64,000 nt of DNA from Eledone cirrhosa. Taxonomy: Eukaryota. Shown here piece by piece: positions 25,140 to 37,873 of the stretch. A program made the position numbers and the translations under genes. The stretch covers positions 9,486,001 to 9,550,000 of the forward strand of contig OZ024751.1 in the NCBI GenBank assembly GCA_964016885.1, given 5' to 3'. Position 1 is the stretch's first letter. Each line of letters begins with the position of its first letter. The notes under the pieces are model-generated. The model made no database searches, had not been told where the DNA came from, and was given only the letters and a program-made list of their open reading frames with translations.

Positions 25140-26516
25140 TCATTACACAACAGTCGTTACACAACAGTTAGTTCACCATACCGAGAACAATTGTTTCACC
25201 TTAGCGGATCCTCACCTCGTAACGGACATGGTTATATGGAACAGGAAGGACAACCGTACGAACGCGCATGCGCAGAAATGATCACTTCACACAGGACTTA
25301 GGATAACAGAAGCTACCAACCTCTCTAGCTTAGATTCCTTAGACTTTAATTTAGACCTTCGCACACACACTTACAGACCCTTCCATAACTAAACGAAAAA
25401 CCCAATTACATTCACAACGACTCATGCCACCCTCCTACTGTCTTTAGAAACTTCGTGAATAATATCAGTACTAGAATCTCAAACCTCTTCTCTAATAAGG
25501 CTATCTTTGAAAGGGCGACACTATAACACGACGTTAGCTAACAGCGGCTTCTCGCAACCTATCACTTAATCTCCCACTAACAACAACAGCAATAAGAAAA
25601 GAAAGCGTAATAATAGAGAAACTATCTGGTTCTCTCCTCCCTTCTCATTCAACGTTAAAACCAATGTAGACAAACAATTTCTAGCCCTCTTAGATAGACA
25701 CTTTCCCATAGGTCGTAAATAACGCTCCATCTTTAACCGACACAAAGTAAAACTAGTATACTCCTGCGCTAAGAACATGAAGGCCCACATCACCAACAGC
25801 CCTAAGAGCAACACCCCACCAGGGTGCTCTTGCCGTAAGCCCGAAGCTTGTCCCCTTCAACAGCAATGCAACACACCCGCTGTGGTATATGAAGTTGAGG
25901 TCACTTCCAACCGACCAAATTAACCACAGGAGGTCAAATCCTATGTGGGTATGGCGGAGGGCCGATTTAAGGAACGCTTCCTGAACCACCAATCGACCTT
26001 TAGGTACCCGGACAGACGTTGATCCACGAAACTCGCGAACCACGTATGGTCCCTCAAGGATTCAAGTATAGACTACTCCATTCAATGAAAACCCATCACT
26101 AAGTCCAAGCCATACGCAAGGGGCAATCCGTCGTGTGGACTATGTATTGATGAACGAATAAATATTCTAAAGAGATCAGGGAATAGTGATTGCCTAAACT
26201 CGAGAAACGAATTATTCATACGTTGTCCACACGTCTGAAAACACTCCGTATTGAATTACAACATCCTAATTTTCTTATCAACCAGAAACTTTCGGACTTT
26301 CGCAGTTTTCTCCCTTACACCTCTCGCACGCAATTTAGTATTGCTTGTGTGAAGTGATCGTTTCTGCGCATGCGCGTTCGTACGGTTGTCCTTCCTATTC
26401 CGTATAACCGTGTCCATTACGAGCTGAAGATCTGTTGTGTAACCACTTCTACCTAACTCGTCCCATGGACTGAGTGCTCTACCACTACGGATATTACCTT
26501 CCAGTGTTCTACCACC
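25140..26516 (+). mobile_element. 5'-truncated Naiad-type PLE with inverted 5' pseudo-LTR
   Basis: [80 protein letters not shown], with several stops. 25140-25293 is an inverted copy of the 3' end. Confidence 0.88.
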
Positions 26517-26548
<32 letters not shown>

Positions 26549-26716
26549 ACGTAGACATGCCTCACTCTCTCTATCTCTCTCTCAGTCTCTCTCTCAGTCT
26601 CTCTCTCTCAGTCTCTCAGTCTCTCATTCTCTCTCTATATATATCTATTTATCTATCTCTATATATATATATCTCCCATCTCCCTCTTTCTACACACACT
26701 CATATATATATATATA

Positions 26717-26794
26717 CATGGTGTCCCAAAAAATGTATACACACTTTTATTAGAATGCTGTTGAAGTATGTTTACATTTTTGGGGGACATCCTT
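26717..26794. mobile_element. Tc1/mariner-type MITE
   Basis: TA-flanked inverted termini catggtgtcccaaaaaatgtatacacactt / aagtatgtttacatttttgggggacatcct. Confidence 0.7.
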
Positions 26795-26817
26795 TATATA
26801 GATATATATATATATAT

Positions 26818-27040
26818 GTTGGTAGAACACTGGAAGGTAATATCCGTAGTGGTAGACCACTCAGTCCATGGGACGAGTTAGGTAGAAGTGGTTACACAAC
26901 GGTTAGTTCACCATATCGAGAAAAATTGTTTCACCTTAGCGGATCCTCAGCTCTTAATGGACATGGTTATTACGAGCTGTGGATCCGCTAAGGTGAAACA
27001 ATTGTTCTCGGTATGGTGAACTAACTATTATATAACTACT
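26818..27040. mobile_element. Additional inverted and re-inverted pseudo-LTR copies of the 25140-26516 element
   Basis: 26818-26900 mirrors 26435-26516. 26890-26957 mirrors 26970-27040. Confidence 0.8.
26973..27010 (+). ncRNA. Hammerhead motif (sister copies at 26917-26954- and 25182-25219-), each with a different lesion
   Basis: Consensus of the three copies is cgag-CTGAGGA-tcc-gctaa-ggt-GAAA-caattg-TT^ctcg. Confidence 0.7.
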
Positions 27041-27147
<107 letters not shown>

Positions 27148-27953
27148 ACTCACGGGATGTTAGTCAAATTGATGCTGTAGTCGTAAGCACTTCTTGCCGA
27201 AGGTGGTTTGCAGCGAGATTAAACACAGAACTATGTGGTTTCGAAGCCGTACCTTTAACTATGAATCTATATGCATACACACATACTCACGTACATATAC
27301 ATATACATATAATATATATATATATATGTGTGTGTGCGTGGGGGGGGGGTATAGCTGTATGTATGTACGGGAGTGTATATGTATATGTATGTATGTTTTA
27401 TTGTTTAATGCAGTTTTAAGGAAGGTGTTTAAAAAACTTTGAGATGTGGTTTTCTTTTAGATGAGTGAAATAAATATATTTCTGTAGAAGTAACAGTATT
27501 TCGTCATTATATTGAAACGATCGATGCCCTCAGTTAAGAGCTTAGAACATATAAATGCCATTTGTGAAACTTGTAATTCTGGTCCAAACACTCCTTCCGT
27601 TGAACTAATGGTGTGTGTGGTGTGTAGGAGATGGAGGTAAAGCTTTCATCAAACGAAAATGACCGAGAATTACCTAACAGAATCTGAAATGTCAAAAACA
27701 ATAATAAATAGTATATAGACACCTCTATATAAGAAATATCATTGACTAACATATTTAGTGTAGCCCTTACGTCCTATCATTCAAACACACATCCCTGTTT
27801 TGTTGTAACATCGAAATTATTTTGTCTTTAAATTTAAACATAAATGTTCAGACAGAGAAGAACTGAAAAATGTATTGCACAAAACAAAATGCACTTAGGA
27901 ATTTTATGTTGCTTACAAAAAATCATCGAGATATATATATATAATATATATAG

Positions 27954-28029
<76 letters not shown>

Positions 28030-28050
28030 TTGAAATAAAGTGAAAACGAA

Positions 28051-28087
<37 letters not shown>

Positions 28088-28098
28088 ATGAAAACGAA

Positions 28099-28163
<65 letters not shown>

Positions 28164-28242
28164 CAGACACACACATTAACACACCACATACACACTATAT
28201 ATATATATATATATGTACGTGTGTGTACACATAAATAATTAC

Positions 28243-28284
<42 letters not shown>

Positions 28285-28496
28285 GGAGAGAGAGAGTTAT
28301 AGAGTTATGTGCAATTACGTAATTCAATGGTATGAAGTTGCATAACTGCAATCGATTGTCCAGCATTTACACATTTTTGCTATCAGAAACGATCGTAAAA
28401 TCTACTTCACTTTGACTTTTACTTACATTGTATATATATAGCTTAAAACAATGAAAATATATATATACACATATATATATATACACATATATATAT

Positions 28497-28536
<40 letters not shown>

Positions 28537-28539
<3 letters not shown>

Positions 28540-28727
28540 CCAGTAAGACCCCGACAGCTGAGCTCAAGCCGTTTCGACGGCTAATTCTGGAGTCCAGAAT
28601 TAGCCGTCGAAACGGCTTGAGCTCAGCTGTCGGGGTCTTACTGGTTCCTATTACCCACTCTACTACCTCAAGTATTGAGTACTTTGGTGCGTTATGGTCC
28701 ACCTGGTTCCTTACCACATTTCCTTCG

Positions 28728-28729
<2 letters not shown>
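28537..28729 (+). mobile_element. Half-hammerhead family, palindromic copy
   Basis: Perfect hairpin 28537-28647 (axis ~28592). tagccgtc-GAAA-cggc-ttgagctca-gctg-TC^ggggtc. (TA)n on both sides. Confidence 0.8.
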
Positions 28730-28770
<41 letters not shown>

Positions 28771-29579
28771 TATATATACATATATAGTAATAATAATAAA
28801 TTTGAAGACTAAAATCCAAAGAGATAAATATATATCAAATATATAAGTACCGTAGAGCAATTATTTATTAAAATAACAGATTAAAGTTTAAGCAAAGAAT
28901 CGCTGCTTTCACCCTTAACGGGATCTTCTGAAACTAAAAAAGTCAATCTGTGAACGCAGATGTAAATATATCAAAAAACGTTGCAACCGAAGGAAGATAA
29001 GAAGACGATACTTTGGTTTGTGGAAACGTTCCCTGGTACAGAACGAAAACAAACGAAGATAATACGTCATTATTTGGTGCGGTGAAAACAATTACACGCC
29101 AAGACAAAACCACGTTTATGGTATTCTATTTGTTATCATTGGTCCACAAATTGACGTATTATCTTCGTTTTTTTCGTTCATTGCCAGGGAACGTCTCAAT
29201 GAACCACCTAATAGAATATTAGTCTACGACTTCATTTATATTTATATTTTGTTTGTATTTTTTGCTTTTGTGTGCCATCAATTGTATCTGCATCTTGTGA
29301 GATCCGCTTGTGCCCAAGCATTTAGCTGTGGTGCTTAACAATCCCAGCATGTACTCTCTCATTATTCGCCATCTCCGATCTCCCTATCTTTACCATCTAT
29401 TGTATTCCGATTGTTCGTGTGACTAAGCTTGGTAGCGCTTATACTCAGCACTGTGTTTATTAAGCTCTGATGATTCCGACCCAACGGTATGGATAAAACA
29501 TTGTAAGAAAATAAAAACTGTTTGAGTATGTAAGCGTTCTTTGGTTTCTTTAACATATATATACAAATATACATTTATA

Positions 29580-29640
<61 letters not shown>

Positions 29641-29659
29641 TTCTCAGATGAATGTATAT

Positions 29660-31920
29660 ATGTATCTTTCTCAGATGAAGGATCAGTGGTGGAGTGAGAA
29701 GGCTGGTGAGATACAAACTGCGTTAGATTCCAATAAAACAAAGCTGTTGTACAATCTCTTGCGTGAGGTTTATGGACCATCTTCTTCTCAGATGACACCG
29801 CTTCGCAGTAAGGATGGGAAAGAACTTCTTCGTGACTCACAAGGAATTCTACAAAGGTGGCGAGAGCACTTTGATGATCTTTTGAATCAGCCGTCTGGCG
29901 TCAGTGAAGATTTCCTCAATCTGATTCCAGAAAGTCCTGTGAAAGTACCTCTCGCAGAACCTCCGACGCTTGTGGAGGTTGCAGTGGCTATTTCGAAGCT
30001 GAACAGTGGAAGGTCTCCAGGTATGGATGGCATACATGCTGAGCTCCTACAATATGGTGGTGAGAGACTCCTGCAACATCTTCACTGTTTGTTTGGCAGG
30101 ATATGGGCTAATGAATCCGTACCTGAGGACTGAAAAGATGCAGTAATGGTGGTCTTGTACAAGGGAAAGGGTAACAGGAATGATTGTGGGAACTACAGAG
30201 GTATATCATTGCTTTCTGTCGTAGGGATAGTTTTATGTAGGGTGCTTCTGGACCGTCTGCTGACACACATTGCAGATTGTGTTCTTCCTGAAAGTCAATC
30301 TGGTTTTTGTGCTGGACGCGGCACTACTGATATGATCTTCTCAGCTAGACAGCTCCAGGAGAAGTGCATGAAACAAGGTTTGGATCTGTATAAGGTTTTT
30401 GTCGATCTGACAAAAGCTTTCGATACTGTTAACAGAGATGCATTATGGAAGGTTCTCCAGAAACTTGGTTGCCCTGATAAGTTCCTTGCTTTAGTTAGAT
30501 CTTTCCATGACAACATGAAGGCTTGGGTTAATGTCGGAGCCTATCTCAGTAAAAAATGGAGTGAAACAGGGGGATAATCCAGCACCGACCCTGTTTGCCA
30601 TATACTTTGCAATGGTTTTCTGTATTGCATTCAGGAATTGCGAGCATGGTGTTTATATCAGATATCGAACCTCAGGCAGCATATTTAACATCAGGCGCTT
30701 TGCTGCAAAGACAAAAGTATTTACATCAATCATAAGAGACCTCTTGTATGCAGATGATTGCGATCTTGTAGCGCACACAGAGAGTGATATGCAGCACATT
30801 TTGAATGCATTTTCTGACGCTTGCACTGCCCTAGGATTGACTGTCAGTCTCAAGAAAACCGTCGTCATGTACCAACCTTCCCCTGGTAAGCAGTACACTG
30901 AACCAAATATCTGTGTATGGTAAACGACTTGGAGTGGTTGATCAGTTTGTCTACCAGGGAGGCACTGTCAATCGATACAGAAACCTTGAGAGTGAAATCT
31001 CACTTAGGATTAGGAAAGCAACTGATGCTTTCGGAAAGCTAGAAACGCGACTCTGGGGTCGGCGAGACATATGCAGGAGGACAAAGGTAAAGATGTACAA
31101 GGCATGTGTGCTCTCTTGTCTTCTTTATGCCTGCGAGACCTGGGTCACATATCGACACCACCTTAAGCAATTGCGACCGCCGCATAAACCAAAAAAGAGG
31201 TATAAGGATTACCTTGAAAGCCTCTTTGAAAGACGCTAACATCTCTGCTGATACTTGGGAAAATATTGCTGCTGATCTTAATAAATGGAGAAAGACTGTA
31301 TATGAGGGAAAAGTTGCCTTTGATGCATCTCGAATCGCATACGAGAAAGTAAAGCGGGATGTGAGGAAGGGCATTGCTGTTGCACTTCCAGACGGCGAGG
31401 GTCCTCCTATGGTCCTGACATGCAGCGTCTATGCTCGACTCTGCCAAAGCAAAGCTGGCCGCGAAAGTCATCTTCGCAGTCATAAAGTAAGACCAGTGGT
31501 TGACTACCAGGCTGCTGTTGGAGATGCTACCTATCATGCTTGCCAAACATGTGGTAGAGAATGTAAATCAGCAGGAGGGCTCAATCGACATGCAAAAGTA
31601 CATGAACTCCAACCACAGCCGGCTATTCCCAGTAAATGTTTTGGTTGCCGGCTCTGTGCAAGACATTTTAGATCATTGGCTGGTCTAAAAAGCCACATTC
31701 GATCGCAGCGCTGTTAGTTGCTATCGCGCGTGTGTGTGTGTGTATAGATATGTTTATGTGTGTGCGTGTGTGTGTATATATATATATATGTATATGTATA
31801 TTATTATTGTTGTTGTTGTCGTTATTATTATTGTTGTTATTATTATTATTATTATTGTTATTAAGGTATATGTGTGTATGTATCTATATATGTGTGCATA
31901 TATGTATATGTATGTGTGTG

Positions 31921-31951
<31 letters not shown>

Positions 31952-32033
31952 ATATTTTTTATTTATTTATTAATATTTTTTTTTTTTTTCTCCTCGTGCA
32001 ATGGCCATACTCGATAACGAGGGAGCAGCCATC
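29660..32033 (+). mobile_element. 5'-truncated RTE (BovB-like) LINE, RT plus three C2H2 fingers, disrupted
   Basis: SPGMDGIHAELL, NYRGISLLS, FVDLTKAFDTV, GVKQGD, LLYADD, LLYACETW. The C-terminal fingers are in 31106..31717. An RTE-like 3' end ggccatactcgataacgagggagcagcc lies at ~32003-32030. Confidence 0.93.
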
Positions 32034-32117
32034 ATATATATATGTGTATATATATATGTGTGTATATATATATGTATATATATACATGTATATATAAATA
32101 TATATGTATATATATAT

Positions 32118-32268
<151 letters not shown>

Positions 32269-32269
32269 T

Positions 32270-33005
32270 ATATAAATGAAAATAGAGAAATTAATGTTAG
32301 CAAGAATGTGGAAAATAATTAATGTAAGATATGGGAAAATAATTAAAACTCAATTCAAAAAAGAAACAAGATAGAGATTTTGACCACAGATTTTTTGAAA
32401 TCCAGGGAAAAAAAACAATAGATTCTTAACTCAGTAAAAATAAAGTTTAAATACTCATCCTTCAATTTGGAAAAAGTACAAATGCTCTATATAGTCTTAA
32501 AAAGACTATTTCACGAAACTTTTCAGTGGGATTAGTCACGGTTGGAGTCGTTCCTCAGTAGAGCTCAACACGATAACCAAAACACCACTGCCAAAATATG
32601 CCAAAAGGGGAATATAAAAGCAGGCTAGTTCACCTCGTGCAGAATTTTGAAAATAAACACACATGGAGAAACATGGCAGGTGACGTCTAAATGAGACGAA
32701 TGTCTGTTTACAAGAAACAGCAGTCAAAAACATTCCGAAAAAACTCTACAAAATGTAAGGAGTTCAGCAAAATAGCAATATTATCGCGGCTTTTTTAAAA
32801 CAAGACCGGGCTTAGTCACAAATAATTTTAAGCACTCTAGGAAAAATTCCGAGTATAAATATAAATGAAAATAGAGAAATTAATGTGAGCAAGAAGCCAA
32901 CAGTATTTCATAATATATAAGTGACTATAACGTCAAAATAGAAAATAATTAACGTAAGATATGGGAAAATAATTCAAAGTCAATTAAAAAAAATCAAGAC
33001 AGATA
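32270..33005. repeat. Partial direct repeat (~590-bp period), possible decayed PLE pseudo-LTR tandem
   Basis: tataaatgaaaatagagaaattaatgt..gaaaataattaa.gtaagatatgggaaaataatt occurs at 32271 and 32860. Minus-strand CTGAGGA and CTGAAAA..GAAA remnants lie at ~32505-32560. Confidence 0.45.
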
Positions 33006-33012
33006 TATATAT

Positions 33013-33096
<84 letters not shown>

Positions 33097-33188
33097 AAAT
33101 ATATCTCGCGCCAACCAGAGGTATATGGTCTTTAAAGCGATGAAATACCAATGAAGGCTGGAAGATCACTGATGAAGTACAAAATGTA

Positions 33189-33283
<95 letters not shown>

Positions 33284-33314
33284 AGAATCAAAGCTATGTT
33301 CAAAGCATTTATTA

Positions 33315-33359
33315 ACTTACAATTGTTTCATCCAATCCTAGGCTTGGTATCTTCGGAGC
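33315..33359 (-). ncRNA. Hammerhead motif with CCGAAGA core (second copy at 38126-38170)
   Basis: gct-CCGAAGA-taccaa..ttggat-GAAA-caattg-TA^agt. The 5' pLTR copy reads CCGTAGA. Confidence 0.65.
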
Positions 33360-34572
33360 ATTTTTCAATGTTTGTACACATGATTGACCTCCTTTCCAAT
33401 GCAAGAGACATACAGATACATATGTATATATTGATGTACAGTGGAGTGACATATGTTATATTACTTCCGTATAGCAATTCAAATTCAAAGTCAAGATCAA
33501 TATCAAAATTACAACAAAATTAAAATTAAACAAAATTAAAATACATTCGACAATTAACATAGATAATGCAAGAGGATAGTTTGTTAGTCAGATGTAGTAG
33601 TTATTGTATGCGTTAGTTATGTGTGTCTCATTTATATATGATTATTGTGTTACATGTAATATAAGCACTTTAAGCGGGTAAGTAAGAGTATTATGGAGGT
33701 TGTAGTGGTAAGGTATTTATGTGGGTAAGCAAGAGTATTATTGAGATTGCAGTTGTAACGTATTTTTTGTATATGATAAAAAAGTATGTGCGTAGAAAAA
33801 TAGAAATAGAAAGGAGAAGCAAAAGAGAGTTAGGGTTTTCGTATCCACCACCATTTTCACATTCAGGAAATGTAATATATAGTTTATACATCCATCACAT
33901 AATTAACGATGATTCTGTATTGGATGTTTGATGCATTAAATTAAATTGTTTTAGCTTATTGCGGCTCAGTGTTCTTTTATCCAATGTCATAGGGTAGGTT
34001 GTTTCTGTTGCGAGAATTTACATCGGCTTATTATCCGGAAGTACGTGTGTAATTAAGGGGGCGGGTTAATGCGTAAGGGGAGGTAACTAGCTGATTTTCA
34101 TAACTAAATTATTGTTCTAACATACATTATAAGGTGTCTCAATTGAGTCCCTTCTATAGACGGTTATATATTTATATCCTGTTTCCCATTTTACACACAG
34201 TCTACTCTATCATGATGTACTAAAGGTATTTATATTAGGATGATTTCTCCCTATCATAGAGTGCTACAACTGGATTCCATACAAAGAGCCACATCTTTAT
34301 ATCAGAGTTCCCTGCAAATGTAGTCTACTCACAGAACATGTCGGGGAACCTATTAGTACTATGTCTACATAACCCCTGGTAAGTTCTGGAGCAGCGTATG
34401 GCTGTCTGCATGGCAAATCCAAATGCATCTCTATGGCAGACAAAAACATCCCTCATTTACAATGTCATTATACAATGTTCTATTTGCATATATAACTCAC
34501 TTCCCATTCATACACAATTCATTGCACTCAATATATAGGTTATACAGATCTCTTATGCTAATAAATTAATCT

Positions 34573-35202
34573 TATATATATCCAATGTTATCAGTCCATA
34601 CATACAAATACATTTGCATAAGTAATTCATCGTCGAATCTGGTGTTTAAAGCTTACATAGACTGTATTGCATAATTATAAGTGATACCCCATGAACACCC
34701 ACCCCTAGTATAACCACCCTCAACTACTATATAATTATAAGCAGTTGAAAGTAATTACCCCAAAAGTAGGTGCTCATGGGGATATTTCTAGGGCATAAAG
34801 TTATAGACAGATGGAATGATTTGTGTTGAGATAGGGTGGATTAGAGAGTGTGGAGTTGTGGTGTAAGGTGTGCCCTTGAGGTGTAATCCTATATATATCC
34901 AATGTTATCACTCCATACATACAAATACATTTGCATAAATAATCCATTGTCGAATCTGGTGTTTAAAGCTTACATAGACTGTATTGTATAATTATAAGTG
35001 ATACCCCATGAATACCCACCCCTAGTATTACCACCCTCAACTACTATATAATTATAATCAGTTGAAAGTAATTACCCCAAAAGTAGGTGCCCATGGGGAT
35101 ATTTCTAGGGTGTAAAGTTATAGACAGATGGAATGATTTGTGTTGAGATAGGGTGCATCAGAGAGTGTGGAGTTGTGGTGTAAGGTGTGCCCTTGAGGTG
35201 TA
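34573..35202. repeat. 317-bp tandem duplication in the PLE 3' UTR
   Basis: tccaatgttatca.tccatacatacaaatac occurs at 34581 and 34898. Both units end gtgcccttgaggtgta. Confidence 0.9.
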
Positions 35203-35238
35203 GTGTTAGAAGTGGTGACGGGTTCAAGTCTGACATTG

Positions 35239-37873
35239 TTATATATTGGGTTTAAAGTTTTGGAAGGAGTGTCGGAAGCGGTGCTGGCACGACGCAAACA
35301 CTTCCGATTATTTATTAAGGAGGTTATGGTTTGAGAAGATTATAGTATGGGTCTCTAGTAAACAGAGGTTGCAGAATTTATTAGGTGGTTTGTACGATGC
35401 CGCCTTACCTATCACTTCCATTTAAGTGTATAAGATCTATTGTTAGTTTTTAGATAGTGTATGTAGCTAGATAGTGAAGTGATTGTGTTTTTTGAAAGAG
35501 TGGAGGTGTGAATTGTATCTGGTTTTGAAGCAGTTCGAAGTAGAGCCTATATAGTTTTCAGAAGAGTTGCTAGTTATGACGGTGCATGAGTATATGATGT
35601 CCTTGATTAAGCAGTTTTTATCTAAAGAGCAGGTTCTATTAGATCTACAGTTACAATTATTTTGGATGTTAACCTGCCGGTTATTATGTTGTGTAGAAGT
35701 CTGGTTGCTAGTTATTGCATTATGGCTATGGGGTTGTCGCTCCCAGCGTTATTGCTTACACTAGTGCTATTACTATTATTACTATTGATATCAGGGTTTG
35801 TAGATATAACGTTGATTAGAAGGTTTACCTCCTGCCGTGTTTTAGTTTGTTGGAAGTAAGTATTAATTTTTCTTTTATTGCTACTAGCTATGTAGTATAC
35901 TATGTTAGGCATGTTAGAGTAGGAGATTTTAATTGTGTTTTTGTTTATAAGACTATGGTACTTGTGGCCAGATGGGAAGTATTTATCCAAGAGTGAGAAG
36001 AAGGCCTTAGGTAGGTTGGTAGAGGCGTTTAGATTGAAAGGTGGGTTGAAAAATGTATTATTTCTTCTTCTATTTTTGTATTTATGCCTGGTGCGATGCT
36101 TCCGTTTATGGTATTTTGGTGACTTCTGTGGTGTGGGTTACGTTTGTTGCCACCCTTCGTACTTGTGTGGTTATTACTCTTATTACTATTTTTTTCTCAT
36201 GGACATATTGTGCGAAATAATTGTTTCTACTTAAGGCACAAGGCCAGCAATTACCCAGTGCATTACTGGTACTTTATTTTATCGACCCCGTAAGGATGAA
36301 AGGCAAAGTTAACCTCGGCGGGATTTGAACTCAGTCCGTAATGGGACGTAACTATGCTGCAAAGCATGGCGTCCGACCCTCTACCGATACTGCCAATCCA
36401 CCGCCCTTTTTGTGCGAAATAATGTTTTAACTATGTGTTTCTGTAGGTAGGAACTCGATCTCATTATTATGGCCTGATCTAGCTAATGCCTGATTATAAT
36501 ATTGTGAGTGTTTGCTAAATATGTTTTCGTCATAAGATAGATTAGAGATTCTATTGGATATTCCCTTAGAGATAGAGTTTAATATTGATCTAGGGTGGTT
36601 AGACTTGGTATCTACGTAAATCAGTTGTTCGTTAGGTTTATGGAATGGTGTATATATCCTAAAGTTAGGTAGAGGGTGGCACATAGGAAGTTAACGTTTT
36701 TAGTGTTTTTGTCTATGGTGATACTTAGGTAATAGTTTTTGAAAGTCTTGTGCAATAGTTTTCTAGCTCTTTCTATATTAAATTGTGTATAGTCTATAAG
36801 GAGAAGTGCATCATCGCGGTACAAACCACCGTTGAGGTATGGAAGGTCCTTTTCGTTTAGTAAATATAGGCCCACCAAATCAGTGACCTGCGCCGAGTCA
36901 CTAGATCCCATGGTTATGTCGAAGTTGTTTTTGCGTATCCTTCCGGGTCCATAACTGGTCTTCAAAAGTGATTACGGTTTTACGGACCGCAAGTATGACA
37001 TCAATCTGGGGTCTAGTCAGGTCACTATTGTTCATGGTCATAATTAGTGCCTTATTTAATAGGATAGGGGAAATAGAGGTGTAGTATGAATTGATATCAA
37101 ATTGAATAAATTGTTTATCTTTGTTTACCTTGATATCCTTGAACTATTCAATAACTTCACCTGTATTTCCCCATTGTTTAAGGTGTATTTTGTGTTTAAT
37201 CTGTGGGATGATTTTATCTAAAATGTTCTTACTGATAATGCCAATGTCAGACTTGGAAGGACAGATTAGTCTAATCAAGGGGTTGCTAATGAAATCCTCC
37301 TTATGGTCTTTCAGAGAGAATCTAGGGGGTTTGGGGTGTATGGTTGTGTATGTCTCTGAAGTCCTAGTTTGGACACTATACTACGGCCTTCTATATTAAT
37401 TTCTTCCAAGTTTTTCATAGTAGTTTTCTTGTAGCTCTTATGTAGTTCATTATATATAAACTTTCTATGTGTATCATAATCTAGGCTGTATATGTTATTA
37501 GTTTTGTCCGCATGTACAATAATTTTACTACTTGTTTTGAATTCATTAATAGAGGAGTTAAGTTTGTTTAAGAAGGTGTTGTTTTTATTGCGATGTTTTT
37601 TGTATTTAATGTTCTTAACTAGTTTTATTAGGTCATTTTGAAAGGAGTTTAGTACTGTGTTGTGAGGGGGGCTTCTAAAAGTTTTAAAGCCGAAGGAGTC
37701 GAATTTGTTAGTATTATCAACTTTGTTAGTTTTGCTCTTTCATAATGCAATGTCCTCCATCTCACTCCATTGATAAAGGAGTTGACACTGTTGATCAATA
37801 ATTTCTCATATGTATTCTTGGATGGTATTGGTATGTTCTTGGTTGACATAGGGAGTTGGTCTTTGATCAGCAT
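35239..37873 (-). pseudogene. Naiad-type RT + GIY-YIG ORF, multiple frameshifts, interrupted by a SINE
   Basis: STKNIPIP..RWR, FDITMGSSDSAQVTDLVGLYLL, GLYRDD, SNHP, YFP..HKYHSLINKNTIKISYS, CNCRSNRTC..C, YIGSTSNCFKTRY..H, CNLCLLE. Confidence 0.9.
36222..36406 (-). mobile_element. Family-B SINE inserted in the Naiad ORF with a 14-bp TSD
   Basis: TSD ttgtgcgaaataat at 36208-36221 and 36410-36423. Confidence 0.92.

Noticed and set aside
25560-26260. In-frame TGA codons in the Naiad GIY-YIG as selenocysteine
   Set aside because: They are not at conserved Cys positions. The sister copy at 43.9-44.3 kb has TCA and TGG at two of these sites, and the Cys motifs use TGY codons.
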